From a virus: a DNA stretch of 64,000 nucleotides. Positions 54,601 through 63,264 of the stretch are shown piece by piece; position 1 is the first letter of the stretch; the number at the start of each line of letters is the position of its first letter. Position numbers and translations under genes: made by a program. The stretch is taken from IMG/VR virus record IMGVR_UViG_3300028534_000015, positions 64,003 to 128,002 of that record; one strand, written 5' to 3'. The notes beneath the pieces were generated by a model. That model was not told the origin of the DNA, did not search any database, and saw only the letters and a program-made list of their open reading frames with translations.

Positions 54601-57507
54601 GAGTTTTGGTCATATCTCACTAATAAATTCAAACGCGAAGAAAAGGAGAAGAAAGAAAAGAAAAAACGTTCGTTCTTTGATAAAGACGGAGACGGTAAAC
54701 GTAACGGTAGTTGGATGGAGTATTTTGAAAGAAAAGGCAAAAAGAAAGATAAAGAACCAACAAAAAAAGAGATAGAAGAAAAAGACAAAAAGTCTGGCGG
54801 TTTATTTTCTATGTTGGGTTCTATTATCAAGTTTGCAACTTTCCCTATAACAAAAACATTAGGTGGTATTTTCTCTGGACTATCTGGTGTTAAAACTATT
54901 CTAGGCGGATTAGGATCCATGCTTGGTGGTATTGCTGGCGGTTTGGGATTTGCGCCTTTAAAACTTGGTTGGTGGGCGACTAAGAATCTCACTAAAGGTT
55001 TATTTGGTTTAACAAAGATAATAGGGAAATCAGCATTAGGTAGTGCAAAAGTTCTTGGTTCTGGTGTTAGTGGAATTAGTAGTCTTGTTTCATCTGTAAT
55101 AAAAGGAGGTAAATCTCCGGTAGTTAAGAAGTCACTTAAGCTTTTAGGAAAGTTTGTTAAATATGTTCCTGTCATAGGACCTATTTTAGCACTAGGTCTT
55201 GATTTCGGTCTTGATTATTTCTTCGATGATGCTGAGCTACCTGAAGACATCATGAACCCTAACGGATCTAAAGACAATGAGGTTACACCTAAAAAAGTTG
55301 TTGCTAAAGATACAACCATTGGACTAACAGATGATCTTAAACCGTATAAAGAAAAAATGACAGAGTCTTCTAATCAATACAGAAAACTTCTTTCAGAATA
55401 CCAAAATGAAAAAGATGATAAGAAAAAGAAAGAGCTTTATGGTAAACTAGAGCAATCCAGAAAGAATATGTTGAAAGATGTAAAAACGTATCAAGAAGCA
55501 TATCGTTCCAAACAAGAAACAGGAAAAGTGTCTGTAAGTAATAAAGATATGTTTAAACCTGTTTCCGACCCTGCTGGATATGCTGGTAAGAAACTCACAG
55601 GTTTAGCAAAAACATCAGGAACGATTACAAGAATTGTAGAGGCAAAAAACAACTATGCTTCTGCGCATATTCTTAAAGGAGAATCTTGGGTATCGTTTGG
55701 TGCATATCAGTTCATTGAGAAATTCGGTCATATTAGAAATGTTCTTACTATATTACTTAAGAAAAAACCTAAGTATGAAGAAGAGTTAAAAACTATCATA
55801 CGTGGTTTTGGAAAAGACGGTATGTATCAAGGAAGTAGAGAGTATCTTATAAGTTTCCTTAAACGAATAGGATTTACTCCAGAATCTATACATGCGCAAG
55901 ACGAGTATTTTTATAAGGAGTTCTTCCTTAAAGGACAAAAGATTGCGCATAGTGCAGGACTTAAAGATAACTACACAGTTTTACATATCATTGACCATTA
56001 TCATAATGCAGGACCTATGGCAGCTAAAACTGTAGCTAAAGCTACTGCTAAAGTAGGCGACACTTTAGATAGTGCTGTCAATGCTAGAATTAATTGGTAT
56101 AGATCAAAGAATTCTAACTATGTTCAAGCATGGGTAAATAGAGTAAATAAAGTCTCTAAACTTATGAAAGGTCTCACAAAAGGAACTGATTATAAAGTCA
56201 TCTCTCCTGAGACATACAATCAAACGTATACGTCGTCAGATTCGTCTACAACGTCGTCTAACGACACTACATCTACTGGTATGAAGTCAAGAGTTTTAGA
56301 CGGTATTAAGGGCATTGTAGAGATGTTTAAAGAGATGTTTGGATTTAATCAAGAAGCAACTGATAGTCTTATTGGTCCAGATGCTGTTGAAGTTGAAACA
56401 AGTAGTTCTACAACAGATATTTCAAACAACCCTTTAAGAAGAAACAACGCTACAAAATTTAATCCACTCATTCATGATTGGAAGACAAGTAAGCGTTACG
56501 ATTCTCTTAATGAAACAGCACAGGAGTTTTTTGCTAAGTTCTCGCATTTTGTTGAACCATACGGTATTAAACTTATGATACCAAAATATGGAGGAAATAG
56601 ACATCCGGACAACCAAAAACATCTTTATGCTATAGGTAGAACTATAGAGAAACATAGAAAACCTGTGACATGGACATTAAAATCTAAACACATTGGTGGT
56701 GCAGCGATCGACATCATTTCTCTTAAAGGTTTTAAAGACGTTAAAACGAATGCTTCTATCGCAAAACTTATGCGAGCTTTCGCAGACGCTAATCCAGAGT
56801 TTCAGGCACATTTCTTAAATATCGAAAAAGACCCTAATCATGTTGACTTTCCTAAATCAAAAAAGATAAGACCTATCAATGTGGAAGCGGAAATAGATGG
56901 TGTTAAGAACCCTAAAGAAGAACAAAAGAAAATTGAAGAAGCATATACCCAAACAGAGAAAGCTAAATCTGTTAAGTCTTCTCCATACACAGGAACGTCT
57001 CTAAGAGGTGTAATAATTCCTGAAGACCATAGATTAGAAAATGCGTTAGGCAATAAGAAGAGTCCTACTACCAAAAAACGCATTCCTGCTTCTGAATATA
57101 AAGGAATGGTTAGTAGTGTTATAACAAATGTTCCTCCAGAAGTTTCTGAAATTGAACATAAAAAGACAGATAAAAAACCTGTTGTTACACAACAAACTAA
57201 TCCACATACATTTAACAGACAGTTAAAGGAAGCAAAACAAGCAGTACAAACACATGTTAAGACAACTGATACATTAGAGAAATACATAGATAGAAACGGA
57301 AAGACATTAATCAATATACATTCTGTTCTTGTAGATATCTACCGTACTAATTTGGATATGTTAAAGGAAATGAAAGAAAAAGGTTCTGGAGAACATAAAC
57401 ATAATGATAAAGACGGATATGTTGCATATGATCCACATATAACACAGAAGAAAAAGAAACCGAGAGTAATTACGGAACCTTCTGTCGGTGTGGATACAAG
57501 TGTTTAA
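51625..57507 (+). CDS. Tail tape-measure/lytic protein (phiKZ gp181-like) with lysozyme-like and M15 peptidase domains
   Basis: 1960 aa divergent from gp180-like gene; KNTALPDFVK, IPGLLAKI, DKDGDG; Gly-rich hydrophobic region; SFGAYQF; SKHIGGAAIDI...DPNHVDF. Confidence 0.85.
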   Translation: MSDEFDDFDDFDLDDDVKESGSDREPVEGALKEGAESFKESLLEDDEIGKKAAVGIGKTLATNLVGDKTVSRLTETTGSFVDEFEKSVSEIRKESRPIAKAIRSISPDQDSVVGQVTHKLADIIGGEEGEGGNSGEQSYDELLSERVNSALSSLTLNREKDEIDKELATEAMKFKQMNDQITLLQSIATDMSSSSNFLRKSTLEFYKKQLELQYKQVFISGDIRNILASGFDRLGKEQDIIAKNTALPDFVKMRSSEALHAAIRQKMHDSMIQTFIGKNDWMDNLKRNILGRFNASKDKIKDSVTGISGIIQDIEEANSQLEDAGMSKSSMAGDLAGDAVKEKGFGVIGRALAKSPFARKITGDLIQMSTSMPEYLDKVSNKHGDNVIGKTASFFRDLMRNPLESTDTGLGVGGLDQPTIFDGRTKTSIVTVIPGLLAKILNSVEKLKNKNAETLHFNYTKGKFERESAFDRSFDEEVKLKMFTSGGVKAIDTFVSKLQDNVGKKSTLYLDPKEVRNFKRILYKYVMSNNSLNPEYFEDAGLYDNMNPVMATKIRGLIKRYLYKDGSLNQERFDSLSTTLRSASSGIFNPTKFLEDKKDSGEIEFLEKKGLVKFDPHRQEYVLDMKKYLSYSEGFVNSVGSQGYEDYLFNRNVSKENEETINKSEPTSLLDVVKAAKDDIKKIDPDKAKDATKKGFKKFVKTAKDLDEKVANMSKSDWSELGIDTKNKALKFITDNYDKNVSDEYKKKIDESLNYVFNSKGYTYLESKIKDAHSYLKDNDRKSILDDLHRLKRKGLVKSRKFIKTVKALKVEDLKFAGINTYEDAVKHVTGIYGDHDIKTLKKIEKILQDKYDDFNKDETQNYFSKKWNKFKSRLRGEKSRVISKFNKVLSHFKGWTYDDFDKLGITNANDAVRHILNTIDFTPTKKEMRQLYDTMSNIFTVRDTVNKTNDFVSNKKSSFKKTFDKKKQEVKDNVKKPSWLDSLLKKEDKKLEFWSYLTNKFKREEKEKKEKKKRSFFDKDGDGKRNGSWMEYFERKGKKKDKEPTKKEIEEKDKKSGGLFSMLGSIIKFATFPITKTLGGIFSGLSGVKTILGGLGSMLGGIAGGLGFAPLKLGWWATKNLTKGLFGLTKIIGKSALGSAKVLGSGVSGISSLVSSVIKGGKSPVVKKSLKLLGKFVKYVPVIGPILALGLDFGLDYFFDDAELPEDIMNPNGSKDNEVTPKKVVAKDTTIGLTDDLKPYKEKMTESSNQYRKLLSEYQNEKDDKKKKELYGKLEQSRKNMLKDVKTYQEAYRSKQETGKVSVSNKDMFKPVSDPAGYAGKKLTGLAKTSGTITRIVEAKNNYASAHILKGESWVSFGAYQFIEKFGHIRNVLTILLKKKPKYEEELKTIIRGFGKDGMYQGSREYLISFLKRIGFTPESIHAQDEYFYKEFFLKGQKIAHSAGLKDNYTVLHIIDHYHNAGPMAAKTVAKATAKVGDTLDSAVNARINWYRSKNSNYVQAWVNRVNKVSKLMKGLTKGTDYKVISPETYNQTYTSSDSSTTSSNDTTSTGMKSRVLDGIKGIVEMFKEMFGFNQEATDSLIGPDAVEVETSSSTTDISNNPLRRNNATKFNPLIHDWKTSKRYDSLNETAQEFFAKFSHFVEPYGIKLMIPKYGGNRHPDNQKHLYAIGRTIEKHRKPVTWTLKSKHIGGAAIDIISLKGFKDVKTNASIAKLMRAFADANPEFQAHFLNIEKDPNHVDFPKSKKIRPINVEAEIDGVKNPKEEQKKIEEAYTQTEKAKSVKSSPYTGTSLRGVIIPEDHRLENALGNKKSPTTKKRIPASEYKGMVSSVITNVPPEVSEIEHKKTDKKPVVTQQTNPHTFNRQLKEAKQAVQTHVKTTDTLEKYIDRNGKTLINIHSVLVDIYRTNLDMLKEMKEKGSGEHKHNDKDGYVAYDPHITQKKKKPRVITEPSVGVDTSV

Positions 57508-57521
57508 AAAAAAAGAGTTAT

Positions 57522-57549
57522 CTCAGTAGAGGCTTACGCCTCTACTGAG
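57522..57549. terminator. Terminator between convergent genes
   Basis: CTCAGTAGAGGC-ttac-GCCTCTACTGAG; stop codon in loop; A-run at 57506-57514. Confidence 0.8.
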
Positions 57550-59237
57550 TCTTTTGACAAATCGTCATCGTCTACCTGAACTTGTTCTGCAAGTTCATCA
57601 TCGATGATTCTTCCGGATAGCAGAAGCTGAAGTGCTTCTAACACATAAATGTCATCATCTGTTAAGATAAGTTTTCCGGTTTGTCTGTCCCACTTTGTAT
57701 AAGGATTAACATTCAGCATAGGAGTTGCTGCTTTCTTACGTAAATGAGGGACGGTTCCGATAACATAATCTATTGCCTTAAGCGATCGTGTACTTCGGGG
57801 GAATGCTGATTTCGGCGCTTTTAAAACGCCATTCCCTCTCTCCTGTAGTTCAATTCTTCCCGTACACGTCGTAAACATCGAATCGGTAGTTGAGTCCAGC
57901 GGCAATAGTGTTAAGTTAACACCTTTGTTACTATTTATTCCAAATATGGTTTTTGTGTTTATCTTACCAGTTACTGTTTTCTTGATAAGGTCCACATTTG
58001 GTTTTCTGTTGTTTACATGAGCATTAATCTCATGAATAAGTCTATTGATATTATAGATGAAAATATACATGAAGTAATTTCCTGTCTCTAGGAATCTAGA
58101 GAAATCTTTAATAGACTTATGTTGTTTATAAGATACAATTAGATCTTCGTAATCTTCTGTGATTTCTTTTAGTAGGTCAAAGAAATCATGTATGTTCTCT
58201 CTTCCTACCATCTCTAATTTTCTCTTACTGTCACTATCCAGATAACCCTCCATTTGAACGAAGCGTTTCTGTGTTAGTATGGTTGACTTACCAACCGAAT
58301 ACCGATCGCGGTAAGAGAGTCTACCGATAAGCTTAAGCCACTCACCTCTCTCATCGTTTTCTGCTCCTTCTAAAATATATTCTGCTATAAACATTGCGTT
58401 TGATGGGAATATATCGAAGCTATACAGGATAGACGCGATCGTCTTTTCCACTATTGGACTATCCTGTTTTTTGTTTATGTAAAAGACTACGTTGTGAGGA
58501 TTAAGTAAATCGCCTCCTTTTACCTCACGCGGTGGTTTCCCAGTTGAACTGTATAAATTGTAGTCTTTTGCATATTTAGTGTAATTTGATGTTCCGAACT
58601 CTACTTTAAAGTCTTCTACACCAAATCTCCTCATCGTTTCTTTAAATCCGTATTTTCCTACATAGAAATTCATCACAGGAGACACTATGTTCCCGATTGT
58701 TTTTTCATCTTCAAGTTCTGTAGTGGAAGCCAGAGACTCGCTGTAGGTTATGTTGGTAAGAACTTTCTCACCATTTTTCATATGTTGTCTAGGAATAGAC
58801 TTTAAGAAGAACTTTATTCCTAATACTTTCACAAATACAAAATCAGGACCAGGCGTAATTACTCCGTCTGATAAAACAGGTAAGACGCCGTATTTTGTTC
58901 CTGATAATGTAAAGACTCCTGCTTGTCTAACAAAAGGAGGAGCTGTGTACGTTGAAAACTCCTGACCATCAAACTTAAAGAACAGTTCCGCATATCGAAT
59001 GTCGGTTCTATCTATATCTACACCACCTTTGGCTCGGAGACGATATTCGTCAACATCGTCTGTCAGTTTGAATCCTAGGTATTCAAACCTATCTGCACAG
59101 CCTTTTGTGGAAGTTTTAAAGACACTGTCTATGATTTCGATAGTGTTTGACAATTCGTCTACAGCTCTACCATTTATAGTTAATGGATCTGGTTTCAGCG
59201 TATCCGCCGCATAAATCTTTTTTAAGATAGCGTGCAT
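57534..59237 (-). CDS. Non-virion RNA polymerase beta subunit, N-terminal part (phiKZ gp123-like)
   Basis: FEYLG, PFVRQAGVFTLSGTKYGVLPVLSD and C-terminal NVNPY match the gp123 pattern. Confidence 0.8.
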   Translation of the reverse strand: MHAILKKIYAADTLKPDPLTINGRAVDELSNTIEIIDSVFKTSTKGCADRFEYLGFKLTDDVDEYRLRAKGGVDIDRTDIRYAELFFKFDGQEFSTYTAPPFVRQAGVFTLSGTKYGVLPVLSDGVITPGPDFVFVKVLGIKFFLKSIPRQHMKNGEKVLTNITYSESLASTTELEDEKTIGNIVSPVMNFYVGKYGFKETMRRFGVEDFKVEFGTSNYTKYAKDYNLYSSTGKPPREVKGGDLLNPHNVVFYINKKQDSPIVEKTIASILYSFDIFPSNAMFIAEYILEGAENDERGEWLKLIGRLSYRDRYSVGKSTILTQKRFVQMEGYLDSDSKRKLEMVGRENIHDFFDLLKEITEDYEDLIVSYKQHKSIKDFSRFLETGNYFMYIFIYNINRLIHEINAHVNNRKPNVDLIKKTVTGKINTKTIFGINSNKGVNLTLLPLDSTTDSMFTTCTGRIELQERGNGVLKAPKSAFPRSTRSLKAIDYVIGTVPHLRKKAATPMLNVNPYTKWDRQTGKLILTDDDIYVLEALQLLLSGRIIDDELAEQVQVDDDDLSKDSVEA

Positions 59238-59269
59238 TATATCTCCTTTTGCTTTTTCTAATTAAAAAG

Positions 59270-59623
59270 CTATTGATAAAAGTATTTTTCAATAGCTTCA
59301 TTGATACCGAGTATAGCTAGGTTAGTTTCTACTGAAACATCCCTACCTAACGACTTGTCGTTAAAAGCATTTGTAAGGATCGAGAGAGTAGAGCCAAGAA
59401 TTATATGTTCTGACTTTGTCACTCTCTTTATTCTTTTTGTTGTCATATTGGAAAACTTTTTATGTTTCCCTGTAGCCAAGTAGTTAAAAAACTCTATCTT
59501 TCTTCTATAGAGATCTTTTTGGCTCTTTTTAAAGTTTCCAATAATAGAAATATCTTTAATTAATTTTCTGATATTTCCTTTACCTGTTACGTTTACACAC
59601 ATAGGCGCTTTTTTAAATTTCAT
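59270..59623 (-). CDS. Hypothetical basic protein
   Basis: Start MKFKKAP after AAAGGAG. Confidence 0.65.
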   Translation of the reverse strand: MKFKKAPMCVNVTGKGNIRKLIKDISIIGNFKKSQKDLYRRKIEFFNYLATGKHKKFSNMTTKRIKRVTKSEHIILGSTLSILTNAFNDKSLGRDVSVETNLAILGINEAIEKYFYQ

Positions 59624-59646
59624 GTTTACTCCTTTTTTTTTTCTTC

Positions 59647-60903
59647 TTAGAAGAAGAATTTCATAACAGCCATTGCTACAGTAACAACTCCTGCAACAAC
59701 AGCACCTATTGTTTTCCACGCACTAGAGGTTGCGTCAGAATATGATTTAGCTGACGTAGCCTCGAATTTTTTCTCTTCCGTTTTGCGTTTTAATTCTTCA
59801 GATGCTATTTCATACTTTCGCATAAGAATTTCATGTAACTCCTTTGCTCTAGATAATTCAGCATCTTTTTCTTTTAGATCTTTTTCTAGTCGCATCTTTT
59901 CTAGCTCATGGTTTCTTTTTTCTTCTTCCATCTCTGCTTTAATTTCCGCAACTCTTAGATCCACCTCTTTCTTTAACATGTCCTGATCAATTCCTTTCAA
60001 AGCAGCTTCTGATTTCAGAAGATCTATTCTTTGTTGAATATCACAGTTATTTTCTGCATCTACATAGTTTTCAAAGATTCCTATTTCAGATGCTTGTTCT
60101 AGACTGTATTCAGTCACCTCATCTTGACCCTTAAATGTTTTTACAACAGTAATACCGTCGGCTTTTTTATTATCTCGTTTAACCGGTATTGAGACAACAC
60201 TGCCTAAGATATTTGTGTAGTAACATTTTGTAGGATTTTTACTATCTCTGATAGTGATAGCGACACCTGAATTTACCTTATCAAAATCATCAGAAGTTGG
60301 ATAAGGTAATGTTGGATCATTAAGAATGATCATAGCTTGCTGGTTCTCTAGAACAAAGAAGTTTTCTCCTTGAACTTCAGAGAGTGATACAAAGCTGTAT
60401 TCTCTGTAATAGTCAACAGACCGCAAGAATTTCTTGAAGTCTATGAGTCTATCAGAGAATGAAGACTGGTGATCAGACAAGAATGATCTTGCCCCAGCAC
60501 CGCCATCGACATCAGTAAACCTGGATGTCACAACTTTTATCTCTTCAGTATCAAAGAGTTTTCTTTTTTCTAGAGAATTTCCGAACTCTTCTATGACTGC
60601 ATCTTCTTTTACCTCCTTTAGTGATTGGTATGAAGTACATATGAAAAATCCTCTTTCGTGATTAGCAGGTATATACCGTATAGGTATTGTAATACCGTTT
60701 TTAAATTTCACATAGGATTTAAGCTCTGGGTCGATGTTTTGAAAGTAGACTGTGCTTTTATCTTTTAAACTTCTTTCATCTGGTTGAACAGATGATGTTC
60801 CGTCTACTTCTTGTTTTTCAATAATAATTTTATAGTGTTTTTCTTTAACATTACCTTTACTATCATAAACAATTTTATGAGGTACGTTTTCTATCACTAC
60901 CAT
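59647..60903 (-). CDS. Coiled-coil protein with C-terminal membrane anchor (phiKZ gp122-like position)
   Basis: Start MVVIEN after AAGGA; long coiled coil then WKTIGAVVAGVVTVAMAVMKFFF. Confidence 0.65.
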   Translation of the reverse strand: MVVIENVPHKIVYDSKGNVKEKHYKIIIEKQEVDGTSSVQPDERSLKDKSTVYFQNIDPELKSYVKFKNGITIPIRYIPANHERGFFICTSYQSLKEVKEDAVIEEFGNSLEKRKLFDTEEIKVVTSRFTDVDGGAGARSFLSDHQSSFSDRLIDFKKFLRSVDYYREYSFVSLSEVQGENFFVLENQQAMIILNDPTLPYPTSDDFDKVNSGVAITIRDSKNPTKCYYTNILGSVVSIPVKRDNKKADGITVVKTFKGQDEVTEYSLEQASEIGIFENYVDAENNCDIQQRIDLLKSEAALKGIDQDMLKKEVDLRVAEIKAEMEEEKRNHELEKMRLEKDLKEKDAELSRAKELHEILMRKYEIASEELKRKTEEKKFEATSAKSYSDATSSAWKTIGAVVAGVVTVAMAVMKFFF

Positions 60904-60958
60904 TTTTATTTTCCTTATATAGTATTCGTTTTTATAATATATAAACAAATTAACACCG

Positions 60959-60990
60959 ATATCACTGAGACTTAAATGTCTCAGTGATAT
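60959..60990 (-). terminator. Hairpin terminator
   Basis: ATATCACTGAGAC-ttaaat-GTCTCAGTGATAT including the stop codon. Confidence 0.7.
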
Positions 60991-61361
60991 GGTAAAGTAT
61001 CTTCTTTAATTCTTATTAAGAAAGTATTAAATTCATCTATATAAGAATTATAGATATTAATATATTTTTTGTCTTTTAAAAAGTCTTTAGAATTCACCTT
61101 TATTAATCTTCTTACTTCTATAATAACGTCTTCTATGTCTTCTGGAATATTTTTATCTCCACTTAGAAATACGTTTGTTTTAATCTCCGTTTTTTTATCT
61201 GGACAATAAAGGTGTTTCATATCGGTTCCTGAACTTAAAAAAGTCTCTATTAATTTTAGAATCCGTAATAAACTATAAATACTATCGAAACTAGATGTGT
61301 AGTATTCTTCCTCTATGAACATTTTAAAATACTCTTTTTTCTTTCTAAATATACTAAACAC
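60981..61361 (-). CDS. Hypothetical protein
   Basis: GTG start after AAAGGAG, 126 aa. Confidence 0.65.
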   Translation of the reverse strand: MFSIFRKKKEYFKMFIEEEYYTSSFDSIYSLLRILKLIETFLSSGTDMKHLYCPDKKTEIKTNVFLSGDKNIPEDIEDVIIEVRRLIKVNSKDFLKDKKYINIYNSYIDEFNTFLIRIKEDTLPYH

Positions 61362-61428
61362 GTGTTCTCCTTTTTATCATTAAAAATATAAGTTGTATAT
61401 TTTTTGATAAAATACACAAGGACTTATT

Positions 61429-61884
61429 ATGCCTGATAAAAAAGAAGAAGAACAAAAAAGTTATAACATCTTTACACCTGAACAAACAGCTAACTTGGCT
61501 AAACTTTATAATCTACAAGAAAAAATAGTAGATACTATGTTTGAAGGCGGACGTGTTCCTACTTCTCCAAGAGAAGTAGAAGTAGCAAACACCACGATTA
61601 ACTCATTAAGAGATTCTATTTTCCAACAAACAAAACTTGAACTTAAAAAAGAAGATAATGAAAATCAAGCTGATTTGGCTGCGATGGCAGCAGAACTACT
61701 TGATAAAGTAGATGAGATTAAATCCGAAAATGGAGTTTATATTCCTAAAGCCACATCACAAGATTTATCTGAATTTGAAAATAATATAGATAGCATTGAT
61801 ATTGAAGTTGTTCCTGGAGAACTAGAAATAAGACCGGAACCACTTAATCCGTCTGATTTTGTAGGAGATAAAGAAGATGTATAA
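61429..61884 (+). CDS. Conserved phiKZ-like hypothetical helical protein
   Basis: AAGGA RBS; QEKIVDTMFEGGRVPTSPREVEV pattern. Confidence 0.6.
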   Translation: MPDKKEEEQKSYNIFTPEQTANLAKLYNLQEKIVDTMFEGGRVPTSPREVEVANTTINSLRDSIFQQTKLELKKEDNENQADLAAMAAELLDKVDEIKSENGVYIPKATSQDLSEFENNIDSIDIEVVPGELEIRPEPLNPSDFVGDKEDV

Positions 61885-62692
61885 TACAACAAAAACAATT
61901 TATTCTATTATTCAGGACACATATAGAACATACGGAAGAATTTATAAACCTCTTCCTAATACAACACTAAATGAAAAATTCGGTATAACTACAGATATTA
62001 TTTTTGAGAAAAATCCTGTATTGAGTTATTACGCTATTGGTCTAGACTATGAGGATATGCTTGAAGATAGTGATGCGAATATAGATAATGTTAGACATGA
62101 AATTTATGACGGTTCACTATTCAGACATGCGCCTTTAATAGCTAGAAAAAAGTCCATAGGTTTTACGTTAAATGAACTTGATAAGTATCGTATGTTTGTT
62201 GAAAAAGATATCAACGGTGAAACATATATTTTTGCTTTTGTTAAAGTCATCGATACTATCTATGATAGTGATAAAATTCTTCTTGCTACTTCTACAGATA
62301 ATAACGAACCAGAATTAAGTGTATTTAGTACTGAAAACACAAATACACTTAATCCTACTCCTAAGACACGTGATGATGTGCTAGACAGCACTATTGATTA
62401 CTTAACGTTTAAGATGTACGCTACAGTCATTCTTGACGCAGATGAGTTAGACGAGCTAAGAAATGCATCTAAACTCCTTTATGGAGATGATGTAAATGTT
62501 TCGTTAGGTGAGGTAGGTTTTATTTCCGGAATAGATCTAACTAACGGATCTAATAAAGAATTATATAATGCTACTATTGAATACTTTGTTAAAGTTCAAC
62601 ATCTTCTTGACGATAATGAAATAACGGATGTGTTCAAGAAGAGTGTTGAAATTGGTGGTATGACACCTAAACCTTTTAGGATCTACTGGTGA
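61877..62692 (+). CDS. Virion structural protein (phiKZ gp139-like)
   Basis: TTLNEKFGI, YYAIG, H..DGSLFRHAPLIAR and EVGFISGID motifs; precedes RuvC-like gene. Confidence 0.65.
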   Translation: MYNTTKTIYSIIQDTYRTYGRIYKPLPNTTLNEKFGITTDIIFEKNPVLSYYAIGLDYEDMLEDSDANIDNVRHEIYDGSLFRHAPLIARKKSIGFTLNELDKYRMFVEKDINGETYIFAFVKVIDTIYDSDKILLATSTDNNEPELSVFSTENTNTLNPTPKTRDDVLDSTIDYLTFKMYATVILDADELDELRNASKLLYGDDVNVSLGEVGFISGIDLTNGSNKELYNATIEYFVKVQHLLDDNEITDVFKKSVEIGGMTPKPFRIYW

Positions 62693-63237
62693 GAATTATT
62701 GCATTTGATCCCAGCACGAATGACGTAGGCGTAGCATTCTTTACAATAAATGATGATGATCTTAGTATAGAACATATTGATACATATACTATAGTTTTAC
62801 AACGAATCACAAACATGGGACTAAAGACAAACGACCTTATGACAGCTAGGTTAAATCTTCTTCGTAGAGTAACTGAATCTATTGTTAGAAGATTTAAGCC
62901 GGATATATGTGTTTATGAAAATCCATTTATAGACAAGTTTAAGTTAGGCAGCGCAATACCATTAGGTAAAAGTATAGGTGTTATAGAAACTGTACTGCAA
63001 GACTATAACAATAATATGCACATTATTAAATTCTCTCCTAGGAGTGTTAAAAAATATATAGATGCAAAAAAGATAGATGATAAACTAGCGATAAAAGAAG
63101 CTATTAATAGAAATTTAGAACTTACCGATATTGTTCCTGATTTAAATGGAATATCAGAACACGAAGCAGACGCTATAGCGATAGCATATTCTTTTTATTT
63201 AGAGTTTAAAGCAAATCCTTTGTCAATTCTTACATAA
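62689..63237 (+). CDS. RuvC-like Holliday junction resolvase
   Basis: IIAFDPS, VYENP, SPRSVKK and EHEADAIAIA catalytic pattern. Confidence 0.85.
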   Translation: MRIIAFDPSTNDVGVAFFTINDDDLSIEHIDTYTIVLQRITNMGLKTNDLMTARLNLLRRVTESIVRRFKPDICVYENPFIDKFKLGSAIPLGKSIGVIETVLQDYNNNMHIIKFSPRSVKKYIDAKKIDDKLAIKEAINRNLELTDIVPDLNGISEHEADAIAIAYSFYLEFKANPLSILT

Positions 63238-63262
63238 CTACTCGCAGATGCGAGTAGTTATG
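63233..63262. terminator. Terminator between convergent genes
   Basis: CATAACTACTCGC-agat-GCGAGTAGTTATG. Confidence 0.75.
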
Positions 63263-63264
63263 GT

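Noticed and set aside
54414-55175. 253-aa antisense ORF and other antisense ORFs in the track (e.g. 2215..2739, 51123..51590, 56838..57314)
   Set aside because: Shadow frames of real genes; no RBS and low-complexity translations
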